In this document: positions 60,829-64,000 of the stretch, in pieces | Numbering within the stretch: the stretch's first letter is position 1 | Layout of the letters: every line of letters starts with the position of its first letter | NCBI GenBank assembly: GCA_047495785.1 | Contig: JBLDXI010000050.1 | Location: 434,001-498,000, forward strand | DNA: 64,000 nucleotides | DNA from: Lepidodermella squamata | Taxonomy: Eukaryota; Animalia; Gastrotricha | Direction of reading: 5' to 3' | The notes under the pieces: model-generated | What the model saw: the letters and a program-made list of their open reading frames with translations, nothing else | Told to the model about the DNA's origin: nothing | The model's database searches: none | Made by a program: the position numbers and the translations under genes

Positions 60829-63800
60829 CTTGTCCGATCATTTTAGTAGCTCTCACAGAAATTTCAGAAAATTCATTGCCCTTGAGTGAATGAAGAATGG
60901 CTCGCCGGCAGAACGCGACGTGTCCGATCATTGTGGTAGCTCTCACAGAAATTTCAGAAAATTTATTGCCCTCGAGTGAAAGGAGAATGCCTCGCCGACA
61001 GAACGCGTTGTGTCCGATCATTGTGGTAGCTCTCACAGAAATTTCAGAAAATTTATTGCCCTTGAGTGAAAGGAGAATGCCTCGCCGACAGAACGCGTTG
61101 TGTCCGATCATTGTGGTAGCTCTCACAGAAATTTCAGAAAATTCATTTCTCGGGTGCGAAACGATAATGTGGTAGCTCTCACAGAAATTTCAGAAAATTC
61201 ATTTCCCGGTTGCGAATCGATAATGCCTGCAGAAAAACGCATCTTGTCCGATCATTTTAGTAGCTCTCACAGAAATTTCAGAAAATTCATTGCCCTTGAG
61301 TGAATGAAGAATGGCTCGCTGGCAGAACGCGACGTGTCCGATCATTGTGGTAGCTCTCGCAGAAAATTCATTGCCCTTGAGTGAATGGAGAATGCCTCGC
61401 CGACAGAACGCATCGTGTCTGTTTATTGTGGTAGCCATCACAGGAATTTCAGGAAATTCATTGCTCGGGTGCGAATCGATAATGCCTGCAGAAAAACGCA
61501 TCTTGTCCGATCATTTTAGTAGCTCTCACAGAAATTTCAGACAATTCATTGCCCTTGAGTGAATGGAGAATGCCTCGCCGACAGAACGCATCGTGTCTGT
61601 TTATTGTGGTAGCCATCACAGAAATTTCAGAAAATTTATTGCCCTTGAGTGAAAGGAGAATGGCTCGCCGGCAGAACGCGACGTGTCGGATCATTTTGGT
61701 AGCTCTCACAGAAATTTCAGAAAATTTATTGCCCTTGAGTGAAAGGAGAATGCCTCGCCGACAGAACGCGTTGTGTCCGATCATTGTGGTAGCTCTCACA
61801 GAAATTTCAGAAAATTCATTTCTCGGGTGCGAAACGATAATGTGGTAGCTCTCACAGAAATTTCAGAAAATTCATTTCCCGGTTGCGAATCGATAATGCC
61901 TGCAGAAAAACGCATCTTGTCCGATCATTTTAGTAGCTCTCACAGAAATTTCAGAAAATTCATTGCCCTTGAGTGAATGAAGAATGGCTCGCCGGCAGAA
62001 CGCGACGTGTCCGATCATTGTGGTAGCTCTCGCAGAAAATTCATTGCCCTTGAGTGAATGGAGAATGGCTCGCCGACAGAACGCATCGTGTCTGTTTATT
62101 GTGGTAGCCATCACAGAAATTTCAGAAAATTCATTTCCCGGTTGCGAATCGATAATGCCTGCAGAAAAACGCATCTTGTCCGATCATTTTAGTAGCTCTC
62201 ACAGAAATTTCAGAAAATTCATTGCCCTTGAGTGAATGAAGAATGGCTCGCTGGCAGAACGCGACGTGTCCGATCATTGTGGTAGCTCTCGCAGAAAATT
62301 CATTGCCCTTGAGTGAATGGAGAATGCCTCGCCGACAGAACGCATCGTGTCTGTTTATTGTGGTAGCCATCACAGGAATTTCAGGAAATTCATTGCTCGG
62401 GTGCGAATCGATAATGCCTGCAGAAAAACGCATCTTGTCCGATCATTTTAGTAGCTCTCACAGAAATTTCAGACAATTCATTGCCCTTGAGTGAATGGAG
62501 AATGCCTCGCCGACAGAACGCATCGTGCCTGTTTATTGTGGTAGCCATCACAGAAATTTCAGAAAATTTATTGCCCTTGAGTGAAAGGAGAATGCCTCGC
62601 CGACAGAACGCGTTGTGTCTGCTTATTGTGTTAGCTGTCACAGAATTGTGAGAAAATTCATTTCTCGGGATCGAAACGATTTCAGGAAATTCATTGCTCG
62701 GGTGCGAAACGATAATGCCTGGCAGACAAAACGCATCGTGTCTGTTCATTGTGTTAGCTGTCACAGAAATGTCATGAAAAGAATTGTCTAGGAGGAAATT
62801 GAGAATACAGCCAGACAGAACGCATCGTGTCCGATCATTGTGGTAGCTCTCATAGAAATTTCAGAAAATTCATTTCTCGGTTGCGAATCGATAATGCCTG
62901 CAGAAAAACGCATCTTGTCCGATCATTTTAGTAGCTCTCACAGAAATTTCAGACAATTCATTGCCCTTGAGTGAATGGAGAATGCCTCGCCGACAGAACG
63001 CATCGTGTCTGTTTATTGTGGTAGCCATCACAGAAATTTCAGAAAATTTATTGCCCTTGAGTGAAAGGAGAATGCCTCGCCGACAGAACGCGTTGTGTCC
63101 GATCATTGTGGTAGCTCTCACAGAAATTTCAGTAAATTTATTGCCCTTGAGTGAAAGGAGAATGCCTCGCCGACAGAACGCGTTGTGTCTGCTTATTGTG
63201 TTAGCTGTCACAGAATTGTGAGAAAATTCATTTCTCGGGATCGAAACGATTTCAGGAAATTCATTGCTCGGGTGCGAAACGATAATGCCTGGCAGACAAA
63301 ACGCATCGTGTCTGTTCATTGTGTTAGCTGTCACAGAAATGTCATGAAAAGAATTGTCTAGGAGGAAATTGAGAATACAGCCAGACAGAACGCGACGTGT
63401 CCGATCATTGTGGTAGCTCTCGCAGAAAATTCATTGCCCTTGAGTGAATGGAGAATGGCTCGCCGACAGAACGCATCGTGTCTGTTTATTGTGGTAGCCA
63501 TCACAGGAATTTCAGGAAATTCATTGCTCGGGTGCGAAACGATAATGCCTGCAGAAAAACGCATCTTGTCCGATCATTTTAGTAGCTCTCACAGAAATTT
63601 CAGACAATTCATTGCCCTTGAGTGAATGGAGAATGCCTCGCCGACAGAACGCATCGTGTCTGTTTATTGTGGTAGCCATCACAGAAATTTCAGAAAATTT
63701 ATTGCCCTTGAGTGAAAGGAGAATGCCTCGCCGACAGAACGCGTTGTGTCTGCTTATTGTGTTAGCTGTCACAGAATTGTGAGAAAATTCATTTCTCGGG

Positions 63801-64000
63801 ATCGAAACGATTTCAGGAAATTCATTGCTCGGGTGCGAAACGATAATGCCTGGCAGACAAAACGCATCGTGTCTGTTCATTGTGTTAGCTGTCACAGAAA
63901 TGTCATGAAAAGAATTGTCTAGGAGGAAATTAAGAATACAGCCAGACAGAACGCATCGTGTCCGATCATTGTGGTAGCTCTCATAGAAATTTCAGAAAAT
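60829..64000. repeat. Diverged layer of the 90-bp satellite (continuation)
   Basis: Resumes the interrupted monomer in register and uses the same variant set as 45.5-52.2 kb. Confidence 0.96.

Overview
Eukaryotic, probably invertebrate, satellite DNA with two retroelement insertions; no host genes are supported. Bases 1-~41.7 kb are a homogeneous head-to-tail array of a 90-bp monomer with changing higher-order repeats (720, 1888, 1170, 1716 and 1260 bp spacings). From ~41.7 kb to the end is a more diverged layer of the same satellite. The first insertion is a 5'-truncated CR1-like LINE (42251-43135, GCGA duplication). The second is a complete and apparently very young Ty3/Gypsy-type endogenous retrovirus (52256-60828). 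It has identical 327-bp LTRs, a CTTG TSD, a tRNA-Leu PBS, a PPT, gag, pol joined by a predicted -1 frameshift, and an intact F-type env preceded by a splice acceptor. It also carries unexpected extras: an antisense ORF between env and the 3' LTR, a ~100-nt U3 hairpin and a dense RUAGU motif cluster. A 17-bp patch at 6780-6796 matches, from memory, PacBio barcode bc1003, so part of the array consensus is probably artefactual. The many satellite-derived ORFs are spurious.
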